NCBI GenBank assembly: GCA_042408245.1
Contig: JAYFMV010000019.1
Coordinates: 3,511 to 67,510, forward strand
Length of the DNA: 64,000 bases
Source of the DNA: Potamolinea sp.
Lineage (GTDB): Bacteria; Cyanobacteriota; Cyanobacteriia; Cyanobacteriales; Coleofasciculaceae
Direction of reading: 5' to 3'
Below are positions 49,402 through 60,432 of the stretch, piece after piece. The notes beneath the pieces were generated by a model. The model had not been told where the DNA came from, made no database searches, and saw nothing but the letters and a program-made list of their open reading frames with translations. Numbering within the stretch: the stretch's first letter is position 1; the number at the start of each line of letters is the position of its first letter. The position numbers and the translations under genes were made by a program.

Positions 49402-50016
49402 ATGTCTTTGAACTTAATCACAGCCGGAATCGTAGACCCGACGCAATTTCCAATCGAACAGGTAAAACAGGAAGTCGCGGCCGTGCTGAATATTCCCATC
49501 AAACAAATCGAACGCATTGAGTGTTGGCGTCACCAGATTTGGGTGAAAATTGTAGAATCGAAAGCCAAGTTAGTCAGTTATCGCAGCTTACCTTTGTGGC
49601 TTGAACAGGGTTTGACTGTGATTGAGAGTTGTAAAGATCGCCCCAGTCTTGATCAGTTAGGAGAAATTTTGCGTACCGAGAGAGAATGGTACGATGAGCA
49701 TGATCTGTCAGAAGTTGTGCAACTTTGGCGGGATGCTTGGGGAGCAAAAGCCGCACAACTTCGGGAAGAAGCAGCAATTTTAGCAGCCGAAGAGGAACGT
49801 CTCAAACCGATTCGTGATCGTGAACAAACAGGATGGGAATGGCAGTCGGCTTGGAAACAAATCTTAAAACATTGTCAGGATTTAAAAGCGTTACTGCGTT
49901 TAGCACCGGAAATGAGACAACAAACTGAGCAATTTGAGGATTTGCCAGAAGTGGTGCAGGGGATGCAAGATGTATGGAAGCAGCGTTGGCAGGAACTGAG
50001 TCAGCGTAGTGCTTAA
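49402..50016 (+). CDS. hypothetical protein
   Basis: The ORF opens at 49333 but the likelier start is MSLNLITAG at 49402. No family recognised. An upstream hairpin ccaccccgatttcttattgcaaaattcggggtgg sits at 49318-49351. Confidence 0.45.
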   Translation: MSLNLITAGIVDPTQFPIEQVKQEVAAVLNIPIKQIERIECWRHQIWVKIVESKAKLVSYRSLPLWLEQGLTVIESCKDRPSLDQLGEILRTEREWYDEHDLSEVVQLWRDAWGAKAAQLREEAAILAAEEERLKPIRDREQTGWEWQSAWKQILKHCQDLKALLRLAPEMRQQTEQFEDLPEVVQGMQDVWKQRWQELSQRSA

Positions 50017-50134
50017 ATTAGGTAATTGTTCCTGACTGATTGTTAATCAAAACCGAATATTCTTTAGCCGAATAGCAAACCTTTTGAGTCCCCCTACTAC
50101 TGGTCAGCATTCTGTGCCATTTGTCCAATAACCC

Positions 50135-50986
50135 GTGAAAACTGACACTATTTTCTATAGCCTATTTCAAGCCTTCCCCAGTATCTTTTTTGAACTCATC
50201 AACCGTTCCCCAGAAGAAGCAGTTAGCTATGAATTCACCTCCCGTGAAGTCAAGCAACTTGCTTTTCGCCTAGACGGTTTATTCTTACCCAAAACCAACG
50301 AATCCGACAAACCTTTCTACTTAGTTGAAGTTCAGTTCCAGCCAGATGCTTCCTTATACTACCGGATATTTGCTGAACTTTTCCTCTTTTTAAGGCAATA
50401 CCAACCATCCCATCCTTGGCAAATTGTTGTCATTTATCCCAACCGTAGTATCGAACAAGAAACCAGTTTACAGTTTGCTGAACTCTTAGCTATGAACTGG
50501 GTGAGACGAATTTATCTGGATGAACTCCCAGAAGTCCCAGAAACCTCATTAGGGGTAGGAGTTGTTAAACTGGTTGTTGAGTCGGAAGACAGAGCAGGAG
50601 AACTTGCAAGATGCTTGATAGAAACAGCGCAGCAACAGCTAACTGATGAAGCTGTCCAACGTGACCTCATTAATCTCATTGAAACTATTATTGTCTACAA
50701 ATTACCGCAAAAAAGCCGCGAGGAGATTGCAGCTATGTTAGGGTTAAGCGAACTAAAAAAGACTCGATTTTATCAAGAAGTTATCGAAGAAGGTAAACAG
50801 GAAGGTAAACAAGAAGGTAAGTTAGAGACAGTGTCAGAATTGCTCCGGTTAGGATTAACTTTAGAGCAGATTGCTGGAGCGCTCAAATTACCCTTGGAAT
50901 TAGTCCAGCAAGCCGCACAACAAATCCCCAATCAATCTATGTCATTACCTGAGCAAAATACTGATTCTCAATCATCAGAAAAATAG
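50135..50986 (+). CDS. Rpn-family PD-(D/E)XK nuclease / putative transposase (DUF2887 + DUF4351)
   Basis: MKTDTIFYSLFQAFPSIFFELI N-terminus typical of the cyanobacterial DUF2887 family. C-terminal (KQEG)x3 and a DUF4351-like tail. Confidence 0.65.
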   Translation: MKTDTIFYSLFQAFPSIFFELINRSPEEAVSYEFTSREVKQLAFRLDGLFLPKTNESDKPFYLVEVQFQPDASLYYRIFAELFLFLRQYQPSHPWQIVVIYPNRSIEQETSLQFAELLAMNWVRRIYLDELPEVPETSLGVGVVKLVVESEDRAGELARCLIETAQQQLTDEAVQRDLINLIETIIVYKLPQKSREEIAAMLGLSELKKTRFYQEVIEEGKQEGKQEGKLETVSELLRLGLTLEQIAGALKLPLELVQQAAQQIPNQSMSLPEQNTDSQSSEK

Positions 50987-51026
50987 AATTTCTGAGGAGC
51001 AATTACCAATTACCAATTACCCAATT

Positions 51027-52949
51027 TCACATCGATTCCCGATATTTTTCCAAGAGTTGCGGGATGTAATCATAGCCATCAACACCAATGATGGGAATGA
51101 TTTTCGCTCGCTGTTGTCCCAACAATTTTTGAAAAGTTTCGACTCCCATTTGTCCCTGCAAAATTGTTAGTAATCCCGCTGGTTTACGCCAATCATTAGA
51201 ACCAATTTGCTCTAAAAGATACGCACCTAAACTACCTGTATAAATCGTTTGTTCCAGATACGCCAAACTATAGCAAGCTTGAGCTAAGTATGATAAATTA
51301 ATGCCTTGAAGGTACAAATCTCCTGAAAATTGGGCAGATTCCCAACCTTTTTCTAAGTAAGTAATTGCTTGCTGTGGCTGTTCAATTACAACATGAGCAA
51401 TTCCCAGACTGCTGAAACACATTGCTTTGCTTTGGCTATCCCCCAAACGCTCAGACAATTGCAAACCTTGTTCCAGGTAGTGAATCGCACTCTCATACAC
51501 CTCTGGTTCTACATTTACCTGTTGCTTGGCTTGAAACACTTCACTGTAGCCGAAATTTGCCAGAGCATTTGCTTCTCCTAACCTGTCTCCATTTTGACGT
51601 GAAAAAATTAACGCCCTTTGACTGTAATTAATTGCCTCAGTATAATTTTTTTGAGCAACACAAATTCGGCTCAAATGATTAAGATTGGCAATCTCACAAG
51701 CTCTATCTTCCGCATCGCGAGCAATTTCCAAAGCTTGCTGATGGAAGGAAAGTCCTCTGTCATATTGACCTTGAGCGCCTAAAGAATAACCCAATAAAGT
51801 GAGAATTCGTGCTTTTTCCTGAGTTCCTTCAACTCGTCGCAAAGGTTCATCCAGGTAGTTCAGCGCATCTCGCAGATAATTCCTACCCAGAAATGCAAAA
51901 ACACCGCCGTAGAGAGGGAAGTATTCCCGTTGGGAGAAAGTGCGGAGAATTTGTAGAGTTATCTGAAAGCAGCCATTGACAATTGGATCACGTTGTGATC
52001 CGTTTAGGTTTTGGTTGAAGGCGCTTGCTAACTGCGACCAAATTACTGCAAAAACAATGAAAGTAGAAATTGAAAGCTTTGCCCCTACTTTGGAGTCATA
52101 AACCATTTTGTCAAACCAAGCTACCAGTCCCCGTTGTAAGTATTGGAGAATGACTGTAAGCTCAACCCAAGCACTCAGTTCCAGACTTGGCTGCTTGTTG
52201 GCCCATTCGTTGAGGGATTGATTCCGCGCTAGAGTTTGAAATAGTGACTGCGGTAGGGGACTATTCACCTGTTTTGCCCACAAAGCCCAAGGGCCGCGCT
52301 GTTCCGGGACTCCTTCAAATCCTAATGAGCCTTGGCTTTGGTCGTAAATCCAGCTTACTAGATAATTTTCCAATCGCTGCCAAGATGCTAAACCGGCGCT
52401 GAGTCCTTGGGACAGTTGTAGAATTTCTTTGGCACTTTCGGGGTTAGATGTTTCTAATGCTTTTTGCTGGAGTGTTTTTGCTAGTTGAGCTAGTTGCTGT
52501 AAGTTCAGCGTCTGCTGCTGATTGGGGTCGATCGCTCGCAGTAAGTAGCTGAGGCGATCAGGCGATTCGGCGGCAATAATTGCTTGAGTGGCGGCTGTAA
52601 TAGCTGTAGAGACGCGGTTTTGCTCCTGTACCCTGGAGTATTCGCTACTGATGGTTTTGAGGGCTCTGAGAGTTCTGGTAGCTTTTGCTTGCTTGATTTC
52701 GCTAATAGGATTATCTACTTCCTGCTGGGTTGTGCTAAGACGTTCCTCCAAGCAACGCTCAAAGATTTCACCTGTTCCTGTGCTGACTCCTTGAACCAGC
52801 ATTTGATATACCTGCTCTTTGGAGCGGATCTTGCCTTTCAGGGTTGCTTCCACGATTTCGTCGATTAGCTGGAAGTAGCGATCGCCTAATGGCATACTTT
52901 CCGACATAACTGCAAAGCCCCAAAAGAAACTGCCTTTGTCATTGGTCAT
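51027..52949 (-). CDS. TPR-repeat protein with uncharacterised N-terminal domain
   Basis: 640 aa. The C-terminal half has TPR-like helices. Heptamer arrays flank it at both ends. Confidence 0.55.
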   Translation of the reverse strand: MTNDKGSFFWGFAVMSESMPLGDRYFQLIDEIVEATLKGKIRSKEQVYQMLVQGVSTGTGEIFERCLEERLSTTQQEVDNPISEIKQAKATRTLRALKTISSEYSRVQEQNRVSTAITAATQAIIAAESPDRLSYLLRAIDPNQQQTLNLQQLAQLAKTLQQKALETSNPESAKEILQLSQGLSAGLASWQRLENYLVSWIYDQSQGSLGFEGVPEQRGPWALWAKQVNSPLPQSLFQTLARNQSLNEWANKQPSLELSAWVELTVILQYLQRGLVAWFDKMVYDSKVGAKLSISTFIVFAVIWSQLASAFNQNLNGSQRDPIVNGCFQITLQILRTFSQREYFPLYGGVFAFLGRNYLRDALNYLDEPLRRVEGTQEKARILTLLGYSLGAQGQYDRGLSFHQQALEIARDAEDRACEIANLNHLSRICVAQKNYTEAINYSQRALIFSRQNGDRLGEANALANFGYSEVFQAKQQVNVEPEVYESAIHYLEQGLQLSERLGDSQSKAMCFSSLGIAHVVIEQPQQAITYLEKGWESAQFSGDLYLQGINLSYLAQACYSLAYLEQTIYTGSLGAYLLEQIGSNDWRKPAGLLTILQGQMGVETFQKLLGQQRAKIIPIIGVDGYDYIPQLLEKYRESM

Positions 52950-53100
52950 TGGTCATTGGTCATTGGTCATTGGTCATTGGTCATTTGTCCTTTGTCCTTT
53001 GTCCTTTGTCCTTTGTCATTGGTCATTTGTCCTTTGTTGTTTTTTTAACTACTGACCACTGACTACTGACCACTGACTACTGAGTAGGTAAACGAATAGT
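52930..53100. repeat. heptamer arrays (CATTGGT)x7, (CCTTTGT)x4 and inverted (CTGACCA/CTGACTA)x5
   Basis: Direct reading. The arrays overlap the start and stop codons of the two flanking genes. Confidence 0.9.
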
Positions 53101-54201
53101 GAACAAACTGCCTTTACCCAACTCAGACTTAAGTTCAATTGTACCTTGATGAGTCTCTACAATTCTTTTCGACAAATGTAGTCCTAAACCGCTACCAGAG
53201 CGTTTGTGACTACCTTGACGAAATCGTTCAAAAAGTATCTTTTGGTCTTCTTCGGAGATACCTGAGCCTGTGTCGCGCACTTCAACAACTACCCACGAGG
53301 CGTTAGGCGCTTTTGGGTTAGGGCTATTACTCAGATGCACCTCGACTACACCAGAGTCGGTAAACTTGATAGAATTTCCAATTAAGTTGGTAAAAACTCG
53401 GTGAATTTCTAGGCGATCGCCCACCACTTTACTATTAACTTTTTCGGCAATTGTGTATTTCAAGGCAAGCTTTTTCTCATCGGCTAGAGGAGTCAGTTCT
53501 TGAACTACTTCCTGTAGTATTTCTTGGACATTTGTAGGGGAGAAGCAAAGGTTTTTGCGGCCTGCTTCATAGCGATAGACTTCTAGCAAAGTATTAACCA
53601 TCGCCAACAAATTGCGGTTACTACGAGCCATCGTAACAATCGCTTCCTGCATTCCCGCTGACAGTTCTCCCAGCGCTCCCTGTTGAAATAGCATCAGCAT
53701 TCGCTCTGCTGCTACTATGGGTGTGCGCAAGTCATGAGTCATCCAGGAGACGAATTCTTCTCGTTGGCGGGCAATTTTGTCGCGTTCGTCGATCGCGTGC
53801 TTGAGGCGCAAAAGCGATCGCACCCGCGCCAACAATTCATCTACTTCTACCGGCTTGCGAATAAAATCATCAGCACCTGAGTCTAGGCCTTTTACCACAC
53901 TTGCTTGAGCCGGATCGAAAGCAGTGATCAGCAAAATTGGCATAAAAGGCAATTTTGTATTTTCCCGAATGCGCTTTGTGACTTCAAAGCCATCAATTCC
54001 GGGCATCATCACATCCAGGAGTATCAAGTCAGGTGGAGATAAATCAATTTGCTCTAAAGCAACGCGACCATCTTCAGCCAAAGTTATTTTATAGCCCTCT
54101 TCTTCCAAAATTGTTTGGACGAGGAACAAGTTATCTGGAGAATCATCTACAACAAGAATGTGGTCAGTTTGAGAGGAGCGAGTTAGAACCGAAGGATTCA
54201 T
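53077..54201 (-). CDS. response-regulator receiver fused to histidine kinase (hybrid RR-HK)
   Basis: N-terminal REC (VVDDSPDN..., phospho-Asp LLDVMMPGIDG), then HisKA WMTHDLRTP and HATPase_c. Confidence 0.85.
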   Translation of the reverse strand: MNPSVLTRSSQTDHILVVDDSPDNLFLVQTILEEEGYKITLAEDGRVALEQIDLSPPDLILLDVMMPGIDGFEVTKRIRENTKLPFMPILLITAFDPAQASVVKGLDSGADDFIRKPVEVDELLARVRSLLRLKHAIDERDKIARQREEFVSWMTHDLRTPIVAAERMLMLFQQGALGELSAGMQEAIVTMARSNRNLLAMVNTLLEVYRYEAGRKNLCFSPTNVQEILQEVVQELTPLADEKKLALKYTIAEKVNSKVVGDRLEIHRVFTNLIGNSIKFTDSGVVEVHLSNSPNPKAPNASWVVVEVRDTGSGISEEDQKILFERFRQGSHKRSGSGLGLHLSKRIVETHQGTIELKSELGKGSLFTIRLPTQ

Positions 54202-54476
54202 TATCTGGAATTCTTACAATAAATTTGGCTAAGCTAAAATTTTTTATTTTTTATTGCTTTTTATATTTTTCACTCTTATGACGGAGTTTGCCTCATCCTC
54301 TCGAAAGATTCTTAATAAATTGCTACTAGCAGTAGTTGATTAATTTATTTTCTTGGTTTCTTAAAGAAACGATCTAAGATTGAAAGTTTCCCTTCGCCAA
54401 AAAATTTCCTTGAGGACAGGGATTCGGTAAATGGTAGGTTTGCAAGCTAAGCGTGCAAACCGCAACCTACAAACCG

Positions 54477-55202
54477 TTAACCTTCAACCTCAACAATCAC
54501 CACAGTGATATTGTCTTTACCACCCTTCTCCTTAGCGCCTTCGATCAGGTGAACAGCAGCCTCTTCCTTTTGCAAATGCTTCTGAAGAGCCGAAGTAATC
54601 AAGGTGTCGGAGAGTTCTTCTGTGAGACCATCAGTACACAGTAACAGGCGATCTCCAGATTGGACATCTAGGGGTAGGACATCCACCTCCTGCAAATCCT
54701 TACGGCCAAGACATTGAGACAATACATGACGCCAGGGATGTGTCCGCGCTTCCTCTGGAGTCAAGTCACCTGCGCTCATCGCTCGTGCTACCCAAGTGTG
54801 GTCTTCAGTAATCTGCTCTAACTTTGAATTGCGCAAGCGATAGAGTCTAGAATCTCCCACATGAGCGAACCAAGGCTGTTCGTTGCGGAAGATAACCACA
54901 ACGGCGGTTGTACCCATATCCGAGCGCTCTGGATGAGTTTGTTGATCTTGTAAGATCGCCTTATTTGCCTCATACAAGGCTTGCTCTAGCATCTTTTCCG
55001 AGGCCTCTGGCGAATCCCAGTGTTGCTCTAAATAAGCCTGAATCGCGTCTGTAGCGAGTTGGCTGGCCTCCTGTCCCCCAGCGTGACCTCCCATTCCGTC
55101 GGCCACAATAAAGAATCGGCCCTCTGGGTCACTATAGAAGTCATCCTGGTTGACAGTACGCAGTAATCCCGGATCTGTAAGACCCGTGAAGCGACGTTTC
55201 AT
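54477..55202 (-). CDS. PP2C-family Ser/Thr protein phosphatase
   Basis: GLTDPGLLRTVNQDDF...FIVADGMGGHAGGQEAS, metal-binding Asp motifs. Confidence 0.9.
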   Translation of the reverse strand: MKRRFTGLTDPGLLRTVNQDDFYSDPEGRFFIVADGMGGHAGGQEASQLATDAIQAYLEQHWDSPEASEKMLEQALYEANKAILQDQQTHPERSDMGTTAVVVIFRNEQPWFAHVGDSRLYRLRNSKLEQITEDHTWVARAMSAGDLTPEEARTHPWRHVLSQCLGRKDLQEVDVLPLDVQSGDRLLLCTDGLTEELSDTLITSALQKHLQKEEAAVHLIEGAKEKGGKDNITVVIVEVEG

Positions 55203-55236
55203 AAATTATTTGCTGACGTCAAAAACTGTAAAGCAG

Positions 55237-56997
55237 TTATAACATGCGATCGAAGCGGTCGAGCCGCCTGAGTAAGCGAATCAGGGCAAATGCCGAGATA
55301 GCCGCTACAAAGGTAACGACCAACGCCAACCCGACTTTACCATTGACAAACAGAATGGTAGCCGACAGTGTGAAAGCACTAATTAGTAAAGTATAGTTCG
55401 TTCCCAACTGAATACTGCTAATTCTTCGTAGGATGCGGTCAGATTCGATAGACCGCACTCGAACACGCAGGTCTCCTCGTTCTAACTTTTCAATAGTATC
55501 TTCAATACGCCGAGGCAAATTCAAGGCCGTACTACTAACCTGTGCTGCTTGTCTTCCCAGCTCATTCAGGAAGCTATTACCTTCGGGGGAGTCGCCGTTT
55601 GTCATAATTTGCATGGCAAAGGGTTTTGCCACCTCCATAAAATTGAACTCTGGGTCTAAACCTTTCCCGACACCTTCTAAGGTTGAGAACGCTCGCATGA
55701 CAAAGGTAAAAGTTGCCGGAAAGCGAAAAGGCTGGTCATAAGCAATTTCGTAGAGATCGTCGCTGATGGCGCTCACCGACTGGTTCTCAAACGGCTTATC
55801 CATAAAATTATCCAGCATAAACTGGACTGATCGCCGTACTGGTCCCATATCATCAACTGGCGATAATGCACCCAATTCCACCAGAGAAGCAACAACTCGG
55901 TCAGCATCTTTTTGGGCAATACCAAAAAGCGTCACCATCAGTTGTTCGCGTACATTTGTCTTAATGCGGCCCATCATGCCGAAATCATAGAAGATCAGGG
56001 CGCCGCCTTCAGGACTAACGGCAATATTTCCGGGATGGGGATCAGCATGGAAAAAACCGTCATTGAGCAACTGCTGAAGGTACGCTCTTGCTCCCAGATT
56101 AGCAATTAATTTGCGATCCAGACCAGCAGCTTCTAGGGCTTCGTAATGGCTAATTTTAATCCCCGGTAGATATTCAAGAGCTAGAACCCGTGGTGAAGAA
56201 TAGCGCCAGTATACACGAGGAACTTTCACCCAATCATAAGGGCGGAAATTGCGACGAAATGTATCGGCGTTGCGACCTTCATTGATATAGTCAATTTCTT
56301 CCCAGAGAATGCGACAGCACTCTTCATATATTCCCATCCAATCTCGACCGCGCCCCCAATCGGGATGGTTTTGAAAGTAACGAGCAATGCCTTTAAGAAT
56401 TTGTAAATCAATGGTAAAAAGTTTCCGTAAACCTGGTCTTTGTACCTTGATTACTACTTCTTCTTCGCTGTGCAATTGTGCTTTGTGAACTTGTCCAAGA
56501 CTAGCAGCAGCAAGAGGAATCGGGTCTAAACTTTTAAAAAGTTCCGTAACTGGTTTACCTAAATCTTGCTTAATGATGGCTTCAACTTGTTCGTAGCTAA
56601 AGGCTGGAACTCTGTCTTGTAGCTTCGTCAGTTCTTCTACATACTCGCTGGGAAATAAATCTGCACGAGTGGAAAATAGTTGCCCAACTTTGATAAATGT
56701 TGGACCTAAGTCTAAAAATGTGTCTCGAATCCAAATAGCCTGCTTTTTGCGTCTAGCAGTACGTTTTTCTTCTGTGAAACCTCCTGCATAACTCCAGGGT
56801 TTGCTATCGAGCCACAACCCATTTAGTAGGGTCAGAACAAAAGACCAAATGTCTACGAAACGACGGTGGCGAGAATAATTTTCTCGATTCCATCGATAAG
56901 CTTTGTCGTTGTATCCCTTGCCGATTCCACGCTGGATAGGCACCGTGGTTTCCTTGTATTCCTTGAGGTTGGCGGATTCTTGAGAAAGAGCAGACAC
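55237..56997 (-). CDS. ABC1/UbiB-family atypical kinase
   Basis: FIKVGQLFSTRADLFP, AAASLGQVHKA, HADPHPGNI, plus two C-terminal TM helices. Confidence 0.9.
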   Translation of the reverse strand: MSALSQESANLKEYKETTVPIQRGIGKGYNDKAYRWNRENYSRHRRFVDIWSFVLTLLNGLWLDSKPWSYAGGFTEEKRTARRKKQAIWIRDTFLDLGPTFIKVGQLFSTRADLFPSEYVEELTKLQDRVPAFSYEQVEAIIKQDLGKPVTELFKSLDPIPLAAASLGQVHKAQLHSEEEVVIKVQRPGLRKLFTIDLQILKGIARYFQNHPDWGRGRDWMGIYEECCRILWEEIDYINEGRNADTFRRNFRPYDWVKVPRVYWRYSSPRVLALEYLPGIKISHYEALEAAGLDRKLIANLGARAYLQQLLNDGFFHADPHPGNIAVSPEGGALIFYDFGMMGRIKTNVREQLMVTLFGIAQKDADRVVASLVELGALSPVDDMGPVRRSVQFMLDNFMDKPFENQSVSAISDDLYEIAYDQPFRFPATFTFVMRAFSTLEGVGKGLDPEFNFMEVAKPFAMQIMTNGDSPEGNSFLNELGRQAAQVSSTALNLPRRIEDTIEKLERGDLRVRVRSIESDRILRRISSIQLGTNYTLLISAFTLSATILFVNGKVGLALVVTFVAAISAFALIRLLRRLDRFDRML

Positions 56998-57146
56998 TCG
57001 GATTCCTAATTTAATTTTTCAAAAAATCAGCTTTATTAAAAATGCTTGAAATTCATTAATAGCGATTTAAATTGTTAGTTGTCGATCTCAAACAAGGCTT
57101 GATCACAACTAAAAATTCAAGTAAATAATGTCGAGGTTACCTATCC

Positions 57147-57476
57147 TCAAACAGATTGATTGCGGTGCTTTTGTAACTCAGCACGCAAAAGGGCAATTTC
57201 GGCTCTGAGATCGTCGATCATTGCTTGCAAGTCACCTGATTCTTGACCGACTGGTGCAGTTGTACTATATGTTCGCCCTTGCGTTGCGGCTTCGGCTTCG
57301 CGCTCAGCATTAGCCATGACTTGCTCGGTAAATTGCCGCAGTCGCTCCCGTTGTTCAGCATCAAATTTGCCAAGTTCGCTCAGGGCGTTGGTTAGGGCGT
57401 CTTCTACCTGCTCGTTCACAGCTTGAGCTAGTGCTCTGCCCATAAAAAAGGCATGAATTACAGAATTACTCATCAC
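57147..57476 (-). CDS. conserved hypothetical coiled-coil protein
   Basis: 109 aa, helical, no family recognised. Confidence 0.45.
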   Translation of the reverse strand: MMSNSVIHAFFMGRALAQAVNEQVEDALTNALSELGKFDAEQRERLRQFTEQVMANAEREAEAATQGRTYSTTAPVGQESGDLQAMIDDLRAEIALLRAELQKHRNQSV

Positions 57477-58824
57477 AAAATTTCTTTAGCATCTGTAACA
57501 AATTATAACGTGATTATCCAGGAGAGTGGCGATTGGACTTAAGCACTATTTGAGAGCTATGTCTAAGTCCTGTCTCAGAAAAATCTATGCTGGTTAGGTC
57601 CTCAAGGAATTTTCTTCAGCATCAATCTCTCTCAAGGAGATGAGTCTAGGAACTGACCAAAAGAATGGGTACAAGCCCCGTCCTTCTAGGACGGCTTTAA
57701 TTTTCCTGAAATCTCCCTTAAATAGTTTAATATGTTATTAGGGCTTAGCTCTTCTCCCTCTGGACTCAAGACACGTTGAAACAGCTACGTTGCGGGTAGG
57801 CGCTCCTAACGCTATAAAGGCAATGGTTAAAGTCCAACCTGGAAGCACAAAATATTTAGCCTGTAGATAAAAAAAGTCGCCATAGGGCATTGGGAGACTT
57901 TAAACGGACGTAGAGACAGGGTAAGACTACCTCGGTAGCACTGGTCGATGAAACGTCAAGAATCACCGCACTTTTAGGGCGGTGAGTATGTCAAAATAGT
58001 CTACCTCAAAGAATATGCCCAAGCTTGGATATTGAAAAATTGATCAAGGAAAGGATAAGATATACACCCTTCAGGCTACTACGGTAGCTCAGCGCTTCGT
58101 GGGTTATATCGAACTTAGGCTGGGTTTGGGTCATTCAACCAAGTCAACTGCTACTTCAGGTAGAGCTTTTGATTGCTTAGATCGCGCTGAGTATTACAAC
58201 TCTCTTTTTTCACAAGCTGGTAGTCAAAACCCCAAAACTTAATATGTAGTGAAACTTCGTTGCAACTAGGCATTAAAAGTAACACCAGGCTAGGAATTAT
58301 AGCCAAAGATACAAGAACGAGCGGCTTAGTCAAGCGTCCTAGAGCAAGGAATTTCTTGGGATATTTGTCTGGACTGGTTGCTAGACTATGCTTTGACATA
58401 TGATTAAGATGTGGCTGGCTAAACACAACTAAAGATTGACATTTTTCAGCAGAATTGACGTGATTCTTAGTGTTCATGCTCATGAATTTGTAGAGTTGAC
58501 TTTGACTTAAAGCCTGTCTTGCTTAAAACTAGGGTTGCACCATCTCTCGGTAATACAAGTAATACAAAAAAGCCTTCATTAGTTAGTAAGGCAATCAAGA
58601 AATTGTGCTAAAAAAGTCTCTAGCTCTAGATATTTCTTCCCTAACCGAAGCAGCCGGAGGATAACATTAAATGCGAATTACCGTATCCTTTGGCTCCTCG
58701 ATTACTTTTTAAATTTAGACTAGCTATGCTTACACACGCAATCTAAGTGTAAGAAGATACACAAAGGTTCAAAAGTGCAAAAGAGTACACAACTGTGCAT
58801 AATTATTGCAATATTTTGTAGAGA

Positions 58825-60204
58825 ATGAATCAACAGGAATTTACAAAAGCCTTCGAGGAAATGCCACTCCAAAGGAGGAAGGTACTGCAGAAACTATTAG
58901 CTGGTGAGACAGATGAGGCGATCGCCAAATCCCTACAGATAGAACAAACCACTGTTAGATCACATATCAAGAAGATTTGCAATGACTTTGGCATTGAACA
59001 ACCGTTTGCCAATGAACGCCAAAAACGACGCCCTGAGTTAATAGCTCTATTTAAAAAGTACAGACCTGATCTAGTAAGCAATCAGGTGAATAGCGCTACA
59101 GTTGAAGCACCGGATGAGCCAGAAAAAGCACACATCCCCACAGAACTAATCTCTTTACCTGCGGGTATTGTCCCGCTGGATTCACCGTTTTATGTGGAAA
59201 GAGAAGCAGATAAAATTTGCAGACAAGTTTTGCAGTTTCGTAGAAATTCCAGGGAGTCTCTACCTTTTATTCGGATTAAAGGCTCTAGCGGTATGGGCAA
59301 ATCTAGCTTGTTAGTGCGACTTCAGAAGTTGTTAGAAACAGAGCTAAATCAAGTCGTAGGTTTTGTGGATTTAGCTAGTGCTGATTTTGATAAAGATGCC
59401 TTTAGCAATCTGAACAAACTTTTATATCAATTCACATATGCTATCGCCCAAACTTTTAGTGAATCTGTTCCTAATTTGAATCCCTCTCCTCTCAAAAATA
59501 ATTGGATTGAAGATGTCGCATCTGGAGTTAATTGCACAACTTATCTACATGACCACATATTTTCCAAGATTAGGCAACCTAAAACCCTATTAATTGATGG
59601 TATAGATGCCGTATTAGGACAAGAACAGACTCAGACACCATTTTTGCAATTGCTACGTTCTTGGAATGAAAGAAAGATGAAACAGGTTAGCAAAGCACCT
59701 ATAGTCTGGTCTAGCATTGTAATTGCCTACTCCACAGAGCCATACCCAGATCATGGTCAGAAAGGCTCAACTATGCAAAATGTAGGGACAGCAATAGATT
59801 TACAGGAATTTACTCAAGACCAGGTACTAGCTTTAGCTAAAAGTTACGGATTGGACTGGGATTTAACTGAAGTTAGCTCTTTAATGCAGCTAATTGGTGG
59901 TCATCCCACCTTAATCAATCAGGCGCTATATCAAGTTAAGTCTGAGAAAAAAACGCTACTAGATTTGCAATCACAAGCTAGTTTTTTGAATAATCCATTT
60001 GGCGATTACTTACTCAAAAAATTAAGCCTTCTCAAAAATAATGAAAACTTATTAACCTGCTTTATCAACCTTCTGAAAGGTGATAAATGTCACGATGCTT
60101 TTGCAAAATTTGAACTGGAGCGTTCCGGGCTAATTAAAGTAGAAAATTCTGGGGTAAGCGTTAGATGTGAATTATATCAGCGATATTTTCAGGAACATTT
60201 GTAG
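58825..60204 (+). CDS. LuxR/GerE-type HTH fused to AAA-like (AAA_35-type) P-loop domain
   Basis: RRKVLQKLLAGETDEAIAKSLQIEQTTVRSHIKKI (LuxR HTH), then IKGSSGMGKSSLL (P-loop). Confidence 0.65.
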   Translation: MNQQEFTKAFEEMPLQRRKVLQKLLAGETDEAIAKSLQIEQTTVRSHIKKICNDFGIEQPFANERQKRRPELIALFKKYRPDLVSNQVNSATVEAPDEPEKAHIPTELISLPAGIVPLDSPFYVEREADKICRQVLQFRRNSRESLPFIRIKGSSGMGKSSLLVRLQKLLETELNQVVGFVDLASADFDKDAFSNLNKLLYQFTYAIAQTFSESVPNLNPSPLKNNWIEDVASGVNCTTYLHDHIFSKIRQPKTLLIDGIDAVLGQEQTQTPFLQLLRSWNERKMKQVSKAPIVWSSIVIAYSTEPYPDHGQKGSTMQNVGTAIDLQEFTQDQVLALAKSYGLDWDLTEVSSLMQLIGGHPTLINQALYQVKSEKKTLLDLQSQASFLNNPFGDYLLKKLSLLKNNENLLTCFINLLKGDKCHDAFAKFELERSGLIKVENSGVSVRCELYQRYFQEHL

Positions 60205-60342
60205 GTGGTTGATGGATAATAGTAGACAAAGAAAGTTTTACCAAATAAATGGCGGTACTTTACCTCTAGATGCCTGTACCTATGTGGAGCGACAAGCTGA
60301 TGAAGACTTACAGCGGTTACGGCTGTTATGAGGTACAGTCAG

Positions 60343-60432
60343 ACCTAACCCCCAACCCCCTTCCCTTCGAGGGAATGGGGCTAATGTCAAAGCCTCTCTC
60401 CTTTAAGGAGAGAGGTTTGGAGAGAGGTCAAT
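60343..60432. repeat. dispersed double-hairpin element (copy 3), supplying the ATG of the downstream gene
   Basis: About 90% identical to 33421-33512. It ends ...ggagagaggtcaATG. Confidence 0.85.

Noticed and set aside
57820-57910. RNase P RNA-like strings (ggttaaagtccaacctggaagca, gccatagggca)
   Set aside because: The conserved P4 and GGU-loop elements are not present in the right order or pairing on either strand. The resemblance is limited to short words.
58151-58483. 110-aa ORF in the 1.3-kb non-coding stretch
   Set aside because: Low-complexity, no SD, no family similarity. Judged spurious.
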